From positions 45,262,001 to 45,326,000 of the forward strand of contig OZ076413.1 in assembly GCA_964187785.1 (NCBI GenBank): a stretch of DNA of 64,000 nucleotides, written 5' to 3'. Source of the stretch: Amphiscolops sp. MND2022. Taxonomy: Eukaryota. Positions 63,117-64,000 of the stretch are shown here, piece after piece (position 1 is the stretch's first letter; each line of letters starts with the position of its first letter). The notes below the pieces were generated by a model that was given only the letters and a program-made list of their open reading frames with translations, was not told the origin of the DNA and searched no databases. Position numbers and translations under genes: made by a program.

Positions 63117-64000
63117 TGTTGCGTGTGTGTGTGTGTGTGTGTGTGGAATTTAGTTAGCGCCCAAAAGTGTTCTTTTGGCAAGCGCTATCGACAAGGCGGG
63201 CTCTTCAGACAGGAGTTCTAGGCGGGGTTCTGTTGTGCCGAAAAGTTCTTGGCGGCGCGCTGCTGTAGATTGGCAGTTCATCCAGTGCTCCAAAGTTTGT
63301 GGCTCATCTTGACATTTGGGGCAGTTGGGATCTACGTTTTCATTCATGAGGTGGGAATAGGCTTTCAAATGGCGGCAGTGTCCAGCTCTTAATTGTGCAA
63401 GCAAGGTGTCTATTTGTTCTTCATCTCTTTTTTCCGAGTATCCAGCGTAGGTCCGTTTTGTTCAGTGGTGCGACGGAGCGGGATCCCTGAAGGACCGTTT
63501 GATACATGATAGGGCGGCTTTCAGGCTGGTACTTTCGGGTTGTTCTGCTGTGAGTTTAGAACCGTTTTTTGCTTCTTCGTCAGCTATTTCATTTCCCTTC
63601 AGCTCGGAGTGTCCTGGTACCCACTGGACCCAGATCGTTTTTTCGCTTCTGTCCAAAACTTTCCTCAGTTCTTCGGTATCTCGGGTTTGTGAGTTCAGGG
63701 CTGTGCAGAGGGATTGGCTGTCTGTGCAAATGAGTATTTCTTCATCGTAGGGGTGGTGTTTTTCCAGGATTTCTAGGCACGACAGGAGGGCTGCCTTTTC
63801 TTCGTCGTAGGATGAAGTGATGATCCTGCCTCTTTTCCTGATTATCCTGATAACTTCTGGGTTGGAGGCACTACCTCTGGTGAAAATGGCTGCGTACCCT
63901 CCGTCTGTTGTGCCGGCAATGGCTGATCCATCTGTGTAGATAGTTAAGTTGCAATTGAACGAGTCAAGGTGAGATATAACTTCGTTTAGAGTTACGTCTT
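63117..64000 (-). mobile_element. 3' end of a non-LTR retrotransposon (LINE, I-group-like) with RNase H and C-terminal zinc knuckle, (CA)n tail
   Basis: IYTDGS...CTDSQS...WVPGHSELKGNEIADEEAK; AQLRAGH..CPKC...EHWMNC; one in-frame TGA at 63462-63464; stop at 63150 followed by (CA)n on the minus strand. Confidence 0.9.

Overview
Eukaryotic (spliceosomal-intron-bearing, AT-rich, invertebrate-like) DNA dominated by transposable elements; the organism cannot be identified from sequence alone. It holds two related but diverged Ty3/Gypsy LTR retrotransposons: element A (1-8988, minus strand, running off the left edge) and complete but decayed element B (44664-59983, plus strand, ~2.1-kb LTRs, ACTGT target-site duplication). 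Both share an unusual architecture. Gag starts inside the LTR and reads through the PBS. Downstream of pol there is a convergent antisense gene; in B it can be spliced through four canonical phase-1 GT-AG introns and encodes a BED-like zinc-finger protein resembling a catalytically dead hAT transposase. The only clear host genes are two cathepsin L-like (C1A) paralogues on the minus strand that lack the catalytic Cys. One (38451-41670) is an intact 4-exon, 336-aa gene that also lacks the catalytic His. Also present: a non-autonomous 7.3-kb LTR element with AT-hook-like remnants, two solo LTRs, several Helentron/HINE-like non-autonomous elements, a degenerate RT relic, a 760-bp tandem duplication and the 3' end of an RNase H-bearing LINE. 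Family assignments come from motif recognition by eye, not database searches.
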